From: Takakia lepidozioides
Taxonomy: Eukaryota; Plantae; Bryophyta
Direction: 5' to 3'
Assembly (NCBI GenBank): GCA_030704615.1
Contig: CM060731.1
Span: 94,240,001 to 94,304,000 of the forward strand
Length of the DNA stretch: 64,000 bases
Position 1 is the first letter of the stretch, and each line of letters starts with the position of its first letter. Shown piece by piece: positions 10,118-21,688 of the stretch. Made by a program: the position numbers and the translations under genes. The notes under the pieces are model-generated. The model was not told the DNA's origin. It saw nothing but the letters and a program-made list of their open reading frames with translations, and searched no databases.

Positions 10118-12920
10118 TAGGCTTGCCAAATGTACCCTTGCTTTCTGGGACCCAGATGAAAAGATGTGCTCGGAAAAGAGATGAGCTGTTCTATGTAAGT
10201 ATACATGAAAGTCAAGAATGTGGTGTTGATGTGGCTATACCATCTGAGGATGGAAATAACGCAGTATTGAAAGAATTTTCTAATGTCTTTCCAAACGACC
10301 TTATTGGATTACCTCCAAGAAAGGATGTAGATCATGCAATTGATATGGTTCCTGGAGTTGTTCCTTTCTCCAGAATCCCTTATAGACATTCTCTTTTAGA
10401 GAATGAGGAATTGGAAAGACAACTTAATGATCTGCTGGACAAAGGTTATATTAAGCCCAACAAATCTCCATGGGGAGCACCTGTCTCATTCAAAAGAAAG
10501 AAAGATGGAGGTTTAAGATTATGTGTTGATTACAGATGGCTGAATAAGCTAACTGTAAAAAACAAATTCCCACTTCCTAGAATCGATGATCTGTATGATT
10601 ACCTACATGGTGCGCAAGTGTTTTCAAAGATAGATTTGAGGAGTGGATACCATCAGATCCGGATCAAGGACTCTGATGTATACAAGACAGCTTTCAGGAC
10701 AAGGGGGCTTACAAATCTTGAGAGAGAATAAGCTTTATGCTAAAATGAGCAAGTGTGAATTCTTCGTCTCTGAGATGGTATATCTAGGTCACATAGTGTC
10801 GCGTGATGGCATGAAGGTAGATCCTAGAAAGATAAGAACTGTGGCTGAATGGCCACTACCGAAAGATAGAACGGACGTGAGGGCATTCCTAGGACTTGCA
10901 AGTTATTATAGAAGATTTATAAAGGCATTTTCTAGGATTGCGGCCCCTCTTACTAGCCTGCTGAAAGGTTCAGGGCCAATCAATTGGACCCCAGATTGTG
11001 ATGAGAGCATTGAAAAGCTCAAGGATGCCTTGATATATGCTCCAGTGTTGAAGTTGATGGATTATACGAAGGGAGGCTTAGTGCTTTGCACAGATGCAAG
11101 TGACTTGGCCATAGGAGCTGTGTTAATGCAGGAGGGTCATGTGATTGCTTATGAATCAAGGAAACTGAGCCCAACAGAGCAGAATTACCCGGTACATGAG
11201 AAAGAGTTGCTAGCCATTATTCATGCTTTGAAGATTTGGCGGCACTACTTACTGGGGAGAGAGGTTAAGATTGAAACGGATCATGAAAGCTTGAAGTACT
11301 TAGCCACACAACCCAACCTTAGTCGTAGACAATGTCGTTGGGTAGAATTCCTTCACAGTTCTTCGTTGATTTGAAGTATGTGAAGGGAAAAGAAAACGTA
11401 GTGGCTGATGGTTTGTCCAAAAGTAAATGGGCAAACGCTATATATGTGATAAGAAGTACTGTCATAGATGAGATCAAAGGCCAGTATGTTAAGGATGCAT
11501 ATTTTTTTGGACCTTTTGAAAACCTATCTCGTGGAATTAAGACCCTTGAGGAGATTGGTAAGTATCTTGCTTACATATTGAAGGATGGACTATTGTATTA
11601 CAATGGGCGCCTCTGCATCCCTCAAGTTGCGGATTTCAAACTGAAAATTATGTATGATTGTCATAATGTCCCCATTGCGGGCCATCCTGGCTTTCAGAAA
11701 ACGTATCTCGTAGTCAGAAAACAATTTTTCTGGCCAGGCATGAAAAAGAACATCAGAGACTATGTTGAACGGTGTTTCCCTTGTCAGGTGACCAAAACAG
11801 AACATATTAAGACTCCTGGCCTTTTACAGCCCCTGGATGTGCCTAGGGGGAAATGGGAATCCATTAGCATGGTTTTCATAGTCTCACTGCCAAAGACGAG
11901 GAATGGGCATGATGCTCTCTTTGTGGTGGTTGACTGCTTGTCAAGCAGACTCACTTCATACCCACAAAGATGACTACTACTGCAGTTGATACAGCCACTC
12001 TCTTTGTGAAAGAGGTATATAGGCTGCATGGGTTGCCAAGGGAAATCGTTTCGGATAGGGATTCAAAATTCACAGGGGGCTTTTGGACTACCTTGTTTAA
12101 AGCTTTGGGTACAAAGCTATGTTTTAGCAGTGCCTACCATCCTGAGACAAATGCTCAGACAGAAAGGACAAACAGAACCTTGGAAAACATGCTCCGGATG
12201 TATGTGGGGCAAAGGTAGAGCTCTTGGGAGTAGTATCTGCATTTGGTTGAATTTGCCTACAATTAGAACATGCATACAGCTATTGGGGTAAGCCCATTTA
12301 AAGCTGTTTATGGGCAGGATTGCTCGACACCTGCATCCTGGCATGTTTATGATACAAAGGTTGAGTGTGTCAACCAAATGATAGGGCGGATGCAGCACGA
12401 GCTAGACTTGGAAAGAAAAAGCATGATGAAGGCTCAAGAGAGGGCCAAGACTTATGCAGATCAGAAAAGATCTCTTAGAGAGTTTGAAATTGGAGATCAA
12501 GTCTTTTTGAAAGTGATCCATAAGAAAAGTCAATTAAAGCTGGGAAAGTGTTATAAGCTTTCTCCAAGGTACTCTGGACCTTTCAGGATTGTAAAGAAAG
12601 TTGGCAAAGTAGCCTATCGGCTCGAGTTGCCATCAGGGTGGAGAATACATGATGTATTTCATGTCAGTCTCTTGAGGAAGTATGTTTCTGACCCCAGTTA
12701 TCTTCTCTCTGAATTGCCAAAAGTAACAACAGAAGGTGAGATCGTGGCAGAGCCAGAGCAGATTCTTGAGATACAGATTAGAACCCTTCAAAACCGTTCC
12801 TGGAATGAGTGCTTGGTGAAATGGAAAAATTATCCCATAGAGGAATCTACATGGGAGAAAGAAGAAGAAATTCGAAAGAACTATCCCTACTTCAGTATTG
12901 AGGACAATACTCTCTTTTAA
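10118..12920 (+). pseudogene. pol: pol: RT (core deleted), RNase H, integrase, chromodomain
   Basis: [31 protein letters not shown] joined directly to LQILRENKL (no YxDD), TDASDLAIGAVL, HNVPIAGHPG..CFPC, SDRDSKF, and ECLVKWKNYPIEESTWE. Several frameshifts and stops. Confidence 0.92.
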
Positions 12921-12932
12921 GAGGGGAAGTGA

Positions 12933-13482
12933 TCTTATGTATCTGGGATTGAACCCGTAGTAGTTGAAGGATAATTATTAAAGGAACGGGTTCTCACCAT
13001 GGTGAACATGTCAAGAACGATGGGATGATTAACGTGAAAGGATATGAGCTGGCAAGCAATGACAGGGGGCTGAAACAGTGACCATGCTTCAACGTGGAAG
13101 GTGAAAAGAGGAAAAATGAAGAAGCACGGGGCAGAGCAGAAAAGGAGGTTGAGAGAAGGAGGAAGATGATCGACCTGCACTGCCCTATGTTGATAGAATG
13201 TGAAGATGCACGGTGTGGTGGAGGGGCGGACTGGACATAGTATTCCATTACTGTGCATAGGCAGAATGGCATGAGATGAGTACATAGGTTGACAGCGAGA
13301 TCTTTCGAACGAGGAGCCAGGCCAGAGTAGGATTGACGATCACTTTGGTGATCGATCCGTAAATTTGTAAATGAGGAAAGTGGAATAAGAAAAGGGCCTT
13401 GGCTGGATTTCAGATATAGATGTGAGTCTGGTTGGATCAAATTGTGGACAATAATTGGGAAGAAGAGAGAGGGAACATAGCA
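12933..13482 (+). repeat. 3' LTR of chromovirus
   Basis: Direct repeat of the 5' LTR, following the PPT. Confidence 0.92.
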
Positions 13483-13884
13483 CTCTCGCGACGTATGCTC
13501 CTCCTTTGCTATCAGAAGCTCCTCCATGCATTCAGACGGAACGCAACATGACAGTGATTTTATTCTGCAACAGCTCCTCTGTATATCGCTAGATATGGCA
13601 CTGGTAAACTGATCATCTGTAACAAGCAAGCTGCAGGTGCAAACAGATGACGGCTATGTGTTTCACACATGAAGTTAACCATGAAAATTTTGAGGTAAAA
13701 GTGGAAGCAAAAGGGGCTGAGCTATAAGAGAAGGATGCAGGGGTAGCAGCACCAGCCAAGGGTGCAACTGAAGCCGTCCTGAAACATCTTGCAGATCCCT
13801 TCAGACTGAGCCCTTACAGGCTGAACGCGTTTACCAATTTCCATAGGATAGGAACAGCATCAAAGAGACGGATTAACCACTCCA

Positions 13885-14088
13885 CAAAGGATCTGCCTGC
13901 ATGGTACGAAGGTGTTGAGGAGGTTCACTTAGAGCGGCGGAAGCTGAGTACAATGTACTGCTTTGACAGGTTGCCGAACCTACGACGTCTGTTCCTGTCT
14001 GGAAATGAAATCTCAGTAATTGCTCAAGGGCTTGGAAAAGTGCACCATGCTGGAAGAGCTCATCCTGGAAGATAATCTCATCAAGCAG
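13885..14088 (+). pseudogene. Isolated SDS22-type leucine-rich-repeat exon (LRRC9-like), one frameshift
   Basis: WYEGVEEVHLERRKLSTMYCFDRLPNLRRLFLSGNEISVIAQGL/EKCTMLEELILEDNLIKQ, ending at a GT donor. LxxLxLxxNxI pattern. Confidence 0.6.
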
Positions 14089-15280
14089 GTGCAAACAAGC
14101 AGATTGTGTGCATATTTCTTGGATTGATCATTTGCAAAGTATGACTAGCTGCACACAAGAATGGTCAAGTGACCTTAAATTACTTATTTCAGAACAACCT
14201 AGCTGTGCTGCTTTTGGTAATAGCTTTGAACCCTCCACAAATTGGTGGAAGTCATCACAAAAGGGTCTGGTACAGATCATCCGTATGGGACCCTTCTGTA
14301 ATGTGGATGCATGATGCTTACAGAAAATAAACGTACAGCACTTACCAGGGGTGTGGCTTTTGGAGATTTCGCTCCTTGATGTAATGTTGGCACTGCAAGT
14401 TCTGAGAAGGAATAACTTCCTCTATGAGAAGCTGGCATGCAGGTTACAGGGCTAATGAGCCTGTAAAACCTGTTCAAAACAAGTCTGTGTTAGAGTAGGC
14501 AAGCAAACGAGTGAATATCTAGTGTCTGCACTATCCCGGCGCGCGCGCACCATCTCAGCTTGCAAGTATCAGATAGTTCAAGCTTAGCTACGGCCTATCC
14601 CCTAAACTGGGAGCTAAGTTGTGATTAGTGTTTGCATTTGGTTCCTCAATTGCTGGTGGAACTGCTGTCAATGTAACAATGTAAAGTTGTATCGTAAGAA
14701 ATACTTCTGAACCCACCTGTATGTTTGTGAGACCCAGTCATGCTTGTGTGCAACTGATAGGCTGTTGATTGCGTAGATGCAGCTGAACACTAATTGCTAC
14801 ATGACAGTGACTTTATTTTGCAGTAGCTCTTTTGTATATCGCTAGATATGGCACTGGTAAACTGATCATCTGTGACAAACAAGCTGCAGGTGCAAACAGA
14901 TGACGGCTATGTGTTGCTGTTGCAGCGGCAAGCCAAGCCTCGGTGGAGATTAAGCATTCAACATCAGTACGTCAGCCATCTAGTAATGACACGAAAAATA
15001 GCGGACCTTCCAGAAATTACACTGGAAATCCACGGGTAAGTGACAAATATTAACCGATCTGAAAGTGTGCATGACAATTCATATTTTGGACATTGCAACT
15101 TAGCTCTTACCTTGCCGATAAGATAGTGCTCAGTCGGGAATTTACAATTACCTCATGCACTAGTGTACTTGAGATTCATTTGAAATCTTCATACTTAGAC
15201 CAGCTGTTTGATTACTTGTGCACAGGTAAACTATACATGTGTCGGAGGCATCATAAACCATACTGTTACTAACTGGAGTT

Positions 15281-15780
15281 TTGAAAATCATGGCCAATAA
15301 ACAGAACAAGCAAAGAGATGGGCAACGTACTCGGCAAATTGCTGAGGCATTGAGAGTAGATAGGGCGAGGAAAGATCGAGCGAATCAGTTGAGAAGAGAG
15401 TCAAGACGGAGAAATAAAGTCAGGCTTGAGGAAGCAAAGTCTATGCAATCAGAGATTGTCGCGGACTGTCCAAGCTACAACATGAACAAGGTCTCCTCTG
15501 AACAGGCTAGAAAACTTGCCACCATGCTTTATGACCTCACTTCTCATCGTGGAGAGGCATACCAAAAAATGACCTTTGAAAAGATGGTAAGACAGCCTAT
15601 ATTGAAGGATCTAACGCCTGCAATGATGGGTGCTAAAGCCTTAAGACAGAGTTGCTGACATCTTTGAGACTGGAGTTGAAGGATGTAAAAGGAAGCCACT
15701 CCAGAGACCAACTCACCGCTAAGAATGTCGTTTGTAGTATGGCTGTATCTGAGCATACTTCTAGCCTGTGCACAAGGAGG
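15281..15780 (+). pseudogene. Basic helical ORF, probably transposon-derived
   Basis: 125-aa Arg/Lys-rich ORF that continues after a frameshift. No recognisable domain. Confidence 0.3.
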
Positions 15781-16371
15781 TTATGACCATTTCCCTTAGT
15801 ACGTAGGAGGCACTTATTTCGAATTTCCCTGCTAGAGAATAAACTTGTGGTGGGAATTTGGTAATACCACATGAGGAAACTTGAATATTGTTCTACATTT
15901 CCACTTGAAAACTGGAAATGAGGAAATTTGATTGATATTTCCACGTGAACACTTGACCGAGGAAACTTGCTCTTCGCTGGAAACGCTGGAAACCCTGAAC
16001 TAATTACATGCACAATTCTCATGGCTGCATCTTTGGATACAATGTAGGATTTCAGTGTTCTAAGATGAAAAGAAACCGGTGTGTACTCCCCCAGATGAGG
16101 AGCATAAACAGTTTTTGGTATTGTGAAATAACGGCAGCAGTCATTTACTGCTTACAGTCACCTTGTGTGGGGACACAGAGGAAGAAAGAATGAAAGGAAA
16201 GAAATACACAAGGAAAAAATAATGCTATATGTTCCAAAAAGCCCAGAGAGCTGATGGAAGACACAGAAAGAGACCCCAAGACTACAGTAGGCTGAACAGC
16301 AGCCAAACAGCCACCGCACTCCCCGTGCATGACACCATTCTTCATGTGATGAAGAGGCCTTTTGTGGAATA

Positions 16372-19018
16372 TCAAGAGTCTGAGAAGTCACAACTGAATA
16401 GCCAGTCAAGGAAGCAGTTTCCGAGATTATTGCTGGCAGAGGTTGCCCAACAGAGGAAGATACAAGAGGGGGGGGGGGTATAAGTTAGTCCTTTTGAGGA
16501 TTGCTTCGATGGAGCAGTTGTCCCCTGTGCAGTCCTCTCTAAAAAGGATATGGAACCAAGGGAGTTAGAGGGGCTGTCAACACTAGGATTTTTGGGGGCT
16601 TCCTCAACAGTGGTTGATCCCCTTGCAAGCAGGCTATCTTCACCTTTTGCTTTCAAGCCATCCGTGCTTGAAGAGACCATAAAGGGCTTGGGAGCCTCAG
16701 AAGCTGACCCAGTTTCCTGCACAAACGGAGAACAATCAGCTTGCAACCTAATACTAAGTCAGATGTGCAAGCAAACATAAAGAGCCTAAGAACAAGGCTT
16801 CACGCGCAAACTTCCAGTACGATTACTCTTCCATGGAATATTGGAATTCAAGAGGAAGTCTCGTGAGAAGAGAAGAAAGAGACAAAGTTCGTAACATCCA
16901 CAAAAGGCCATGAGGACCCATGGGTGAGAAGGAAACAATGATACTTTGTGACATCAACTGGATGCTTAAAGAGCTTATGATACAAAGAGGGTGGACCAAA
17001 CATAGTAGAAATAGAGAGAGGACTCTTACTGAGGCACCATAATGTAGACGCATGCCCTCCATGTGTGTCTGTAGCTTGGCCAAAGCAGGAGAAGAGTTAG
17101 CGAGTGCTACAGATTCTCTTGATGTCCTTGATACGCATGGTTCTCCATCATGTCTACTTGACTCTTTCTTCTGCCCTTCAGAGTACAATGCCGCATCCAC
17201 AAGCTCTGGAGTTACCAGACCCCCATTAGTGTATACCTCTGGACTAATCCTACTCCCGATCTTTCTCCCAGCATTGTCTTGCCCTCTCTCATGCCCTTGG
17301 AGGTTCGTAAGTTTCTTTTGCTTGTCCAACTGGTTGTCCAGGCCCCTACTGCAAGGGCTATAATTGGCACCTGCCACACCATCATCTGTCTGAAGTAGAG
17401 AGGAGTTCCCAGGAGAAGGTTCCCTTGTTAAAAGCAGAGAGGTATCCCCACCGGAAGGCTCCCCCTCAGCTTTTCGCTTCCTAGGATCAACAGAAAAATC
17501 ACCGTTACCATTACCATCTTCATTTATGTTGCAGGCCAAAGAGCCTTGGAAGCTCTCAGGATTCATCTTGTTGTTGTCCACTAACACTTCTGACCCTTGG
17601 TTGGTTGCAACCTTATTTTCCCTCAATACTCGTCTTGTAGGGCCTGCACCAACAGAATAGGCAAAGCAATGGTACTCTCCTTTGTTAACACATTAATTGG
17701 GTCTCTTTTCCACCTCTTCAAGGACTCGCTCCCTCTCTCGCCCTCTCTCGCCCTTGCTCCCCCTCCCTCCCTCCCTCCCTCCCTCCCTCACACAAACAAC
17801 AGCTTATGGGTACATTCTCTCGTTCACATGGAGACGAAGCACCCATCGACAACATCCCATCATTCTCAACCCATGGCAGACGAAGAGTTATAAACAATGG
17901 TCCTGTACATGGACTAATGAAAAGGGGGGTGCCTATCCTGCTAGCTTACCAGAAAATTTGGGCTTAACACGCTTGTAAAGCTTGGGGCACGTAACGGCCA
18001 CAGCGGGAGCTCCAATACCAGAACTAGATTCCTTCACCACGACACTGGGGAGAGAAGGATGTTGATTCCGAACTGTCTCTTCCACATTTCTTTCATCCAG
18101 TACAAGCCAAGCGCCACTGCTACTCCCACTGCTGCTGTTGCCAGTGATGTGGGAGCTTTCATTAGTATCATTCACTGCTTTTCCAAACATGCCTGTATGT
18201 AGAGTCACAGTCGTCATGTTTCCCCCACTGAGGTTTGCAGGACTAACCTCACTCGCTTCTTCTCCATTTGGCATGTTTTTCCTGACTTGAAACAGGCTCA
18301 AATTGACCCCATCATGTTGTCTCTCATTTGTGTCATCTCGCATTCCGTTTCTGTTGTCTTGCAGGAAGGGAATATGCATCCAATACTTAAATGAGCTTTG
18401 CTTCAACCTAGGTATTGCACCTTATGTGGTCAATAAGTTACTGATAGTAGGAGGTTTGTGAGAGTAGTTGATTGGACATGAATAACTGACCTATGGCATC
18501 ATCATCCTCTGGAGGAAGAGGCCCCTTTTTGTATGGTGTGCCATTGCTACTTCGAGAAAATTTCGATGAAGATAATGCCTTCACATGAGACCCAAATCCA
18601 CTGCCTCTCTCACATCCATTCGACCCTACAGACAATGAGTGGGGCAAGACCGACCCATTTGAATTCATGGAGGGTGGTTCCCGCAAACGCCTCTGACTCT
18701 CATCCCTCAACCTGTCTATAGTCAGGCCTCGTGGACTAGAGCTGAGTAAGCGAACATCACAATAAATTTCAAGCTTGCTCCCACTAGCCGTGCTTGCTGT
18801 GAATCCCCGACTTCCCAAGTCCGGCACTGGGACGGTTCATGTGTTTGTACATATTTGTGGGATAGGTGCTTCTGTCCACTGGCACTTTTTAGTTGTCCCA
18901 GTCTTTCTTTGAATGTGTCCAGTTTTCCAAGTGTTGTCCTTCCCTTGGAAAGATCTGAAGAGACTAAGTTGACTCTATCCTTTTCAAGAGCTCCTAGGCT
19001 TGCCTTGCTTGCTGGCAC
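16372..19018 (-). pseudogene. Degenerate exons of unidentified Ser-rich, disordered host proteins
   Basis: Protein-like ORFs 16372..16746, 16823..17626, 17933..18406, 18438..18827 and 18722..19018, broken by stops and frameshifts. Not identified. Confidence 0.4.
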
Positions 19019-19256
19019 TGACGGAGCTCCCTACTTGTTTAGAACACCAGACTCTCTGCTTAAGCAAACACAAATAAGAATCGAAGAAGAAAGAACCAAA
19101 TTCTCCACAGCAGTCCCTCCAGAACATCACATGGTATTCTCATTCAGGAGGAATATGAACGAGGAGCCCTCAGCAAAGCAATGAGTAGTCTCTGCCATCT
19201 TAGCAAGCAAAGCAACTGAATTTCACAGTCTGAAGATAGAATGATAGTGATAATAC

Positions 19257-19574
19257 CGTGTCAAAAATAAATGGCATCTCGTGACCAGTCTTCCATGCAG
19301 CAATCAGTGCCTGTGCCAAAACAGTTTGCTACTGTCAGGAAATTGACCTGGTTCCCTTTGGAATCTATAAAAGCCAATTCCCGGCTTCTACTCATCAGGC
19401 ATGGATAGCAAAGGAGAAGGCTGACTAGCAATGTACCATGGTAGTAAAAGACATTGAAGGCACATTGGCGAAACAAATGTCACATACATCAGCATAGGCA
19501 TGTGGGGTGTGCCCGCGGTCTCCATGATAACGGGAGTCTATAGCCACAGCTACATGACCTTGGGAAGCATAACT
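19257..19574 (-). pseudogene. Two-exon fragment of a plant alpha/beta-hydrolase (esterase family with the DSRYHGER motif)
   Basis: Exon 19488-19574 SYASQGHVAVAIDSRYHGDRGHTPHAYAD and exon 19257-19310 ALIAAWKTGHEMPFIFDT, with perfect AG/GT boundaries in phase 0. Neighbouring exons were not found. Confidence 0.8.
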
Positions 19575-20437
19575 CTGTGGACAAGTGCAAGCATGCCATG
19601 GACTCTGACAATGTCAGCAAGCATTCCCCATTGGACAACAGACAGGCGGCAGAAAAACATTATCTGTACACATATCAGTGTAGATGATACAAAGTATGCA
19701 AAAACTACACAGAACTTATGGCACTTCGGCAGTGTAAATATACAATGTTTGGAGGGGCATAGCCATGCTAGTATGTCAAGTATGAAGTTGGTGGCCTTCA
19801 TTTGAATGGGACACTAGAGTTGTTGCTATGTCTTTTGGCTGCTGAGAGCAGAATCAGGTAGAAGATGCATCCACCTGAAGAGTGCATTCATCTTGGCTTT
19901 GTCCTTCCCTCTTGATGACAGTTGCAATGGTAGGCCAGTCCAAGGAGAGTAGCATGAGTGTGACACAGGTGATGAAAGGAAGAACAGGAAGTCTGCCTCT
20001 TCATGGTAGCTGAACCCTTGGCTGGTTAATTAAAAAATACATGTTCCCACTGTGTGGAGGGCACATCGCCAGACTTCCCACTGAAACAATCCTTAAAGCT
20101 GCACTAAGTATAGAAGTACTTCAGACAGGGGGCTCTGGATCATATAGAATTGGAGACAAAGTACAACCCTCAGCACAATCCCTCACCCTTGAAGCGGCTT
20201 ATTATCACCAAGCTGCGTCCTATTCAGATGCCTAAATTACAGGTGTGACAAGTATGAAGACACCAAATATTAAGACACATGGCAACATGAAATACGGAAA
20301 ACACATTGCCCTTCCGTTCAAGATGGAAGCTACCATTCCCACGAACTGTCAATGATTGGTTGCCCATCCAAATGATCTTTGGATAGAATCTCATGAAACG
20401 AGTACAAACATCGGAATGATTGGTTTGTTTGTGTACC

Positions 20438-21400
20438 TCAAAGTCCACCCTCAAGAAAAGTTCGGCATTGTGCAAGCAAACGTGTGCGACGTTCGTTATC
20501 TTGCAACTCATATGCAATATTGTAAGCTCGTCCCTGAGGTGCCTGATCTATTGCCATGAACTTGTGCAGGATGCAATCTATTGGTCGAATGCAAGAGGAG
20601 TCAAATGGAAACATCCTGGCTTTAAGAATGACGTTCATCCCAGTCACTTCATCAACAAGGTCGACAAGTGCACGGTTGGGTCCTTGCACAGCCTGCAAAT
20701 GCAAGTAATAGTCAGCAGCAAAGTAGACTGAAACCTCACTCCTAAAGTCATGACTGAAAATCGTTCTGATTTTCGCTTTGAAGGGTGTTCCATGAACATC
20801 ATCTGGCTTAACAACTACATCACTGCCCACTTTGTACAAGACACCCCGGAGCATGATGGAGTTGAATTTGCGGATTGCGGATGTCCATTCCTCTTCCCTC
20901 CAAGAATCTCCTTGTTGCTCCGTGATATGCATGCGCAAATACTCATCAATTTCAGGGGACGCAATTTCACCCGCAACAGCATTTTTCCCTATTAGAATCC
21001 CCTTGAGATGCACCATTGTAGCACAAGCGCTATGAATCGTGTTCCTTAGTAGTTTTGTGACTTCCTTTGCCCTTTCGATGGAAGTTACCCTCATGGCACA
21101 CGCGTTGTGCCACGGAGGACACCGAAACCGGCCTTCAATCTCCCAATCAACTCCTGCTCATCAAAGGAAAAACTATGTGAGAAAAATTTCGGACAAGATG
21201 CGTAAACCAAGTGAAGCTGGGCAGCCCACAAGCTCTTGACACCCTCAATTTGGGTACAAAAACAATAAACATGTGCAATTACCTGTGGGACAAACAAGAT
21301 GTTTGTGTACTAGTAAAATGGCTCGCTGGTCCATCTAGAAGCCATCCTTCTCCTCGCCAACCCGATCCATCACACTGCTGAAAAGCCTCCGTGAATAGGG
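20438..21400 (-). pseudogene. BAH-like domain ORF, probably the C-terminus of a transposon protein, cut at the MULE TIR
   Basis: LRGVLYKVGSDVVVKPDD..PFKAKIRTIFSH..VYFAADYY resembles the BAH consensus YxVGDxVxV...yiarI..if....F...wy. Confidence 0.5.
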
Positions 21401-21688
21401 GGGCTGCTATTTCATGAGCGGGAAAAAAAAAAACATGAGCATACCATTGTGAGTCCACGGAAATAGGGTTAGGAGGCACGGAAATAGGGTCATGTGAAGT
21501 TGGAATGTGGCACCAGTGGACTCGAAATGCAACATTTTATTGCAAATTTTGTGGCAAGCCACGTCTATACAAGTGTGTTCTAACTGTCATAGCCGGAATG
21601 GGCACTACTCTCCTACACCCTCCGAGGAACTTGCCCCACCTTCTTCCTCATCCCCCTCATCCCCCTCATCCCCCTCATCCTCCGAGCT

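Larger units (their letters stand above)
7794..13482 (+). mobile_element. Full-length but defective chromovirus (Ty3/Gypsy) LTR retrotransposon
   Basis: LTRs at 7794-8329 and 12933-13482, PBS TGGTATCAGAGC at 8332-8343, PPT AAGAGGGGAAGTGA before the 3' LTR, probable TSD CTCCC/CTCTC, and gag-PR-RT-RH-INT-chromodomain order. Confidence 0.93.

Noticed and set aside
19261-19476. Cys-rich zinc-finger ORF
   Set aside because: It lies mostly in the intron between the two hydrolase exons, so the Cys pattern is fortuitous.
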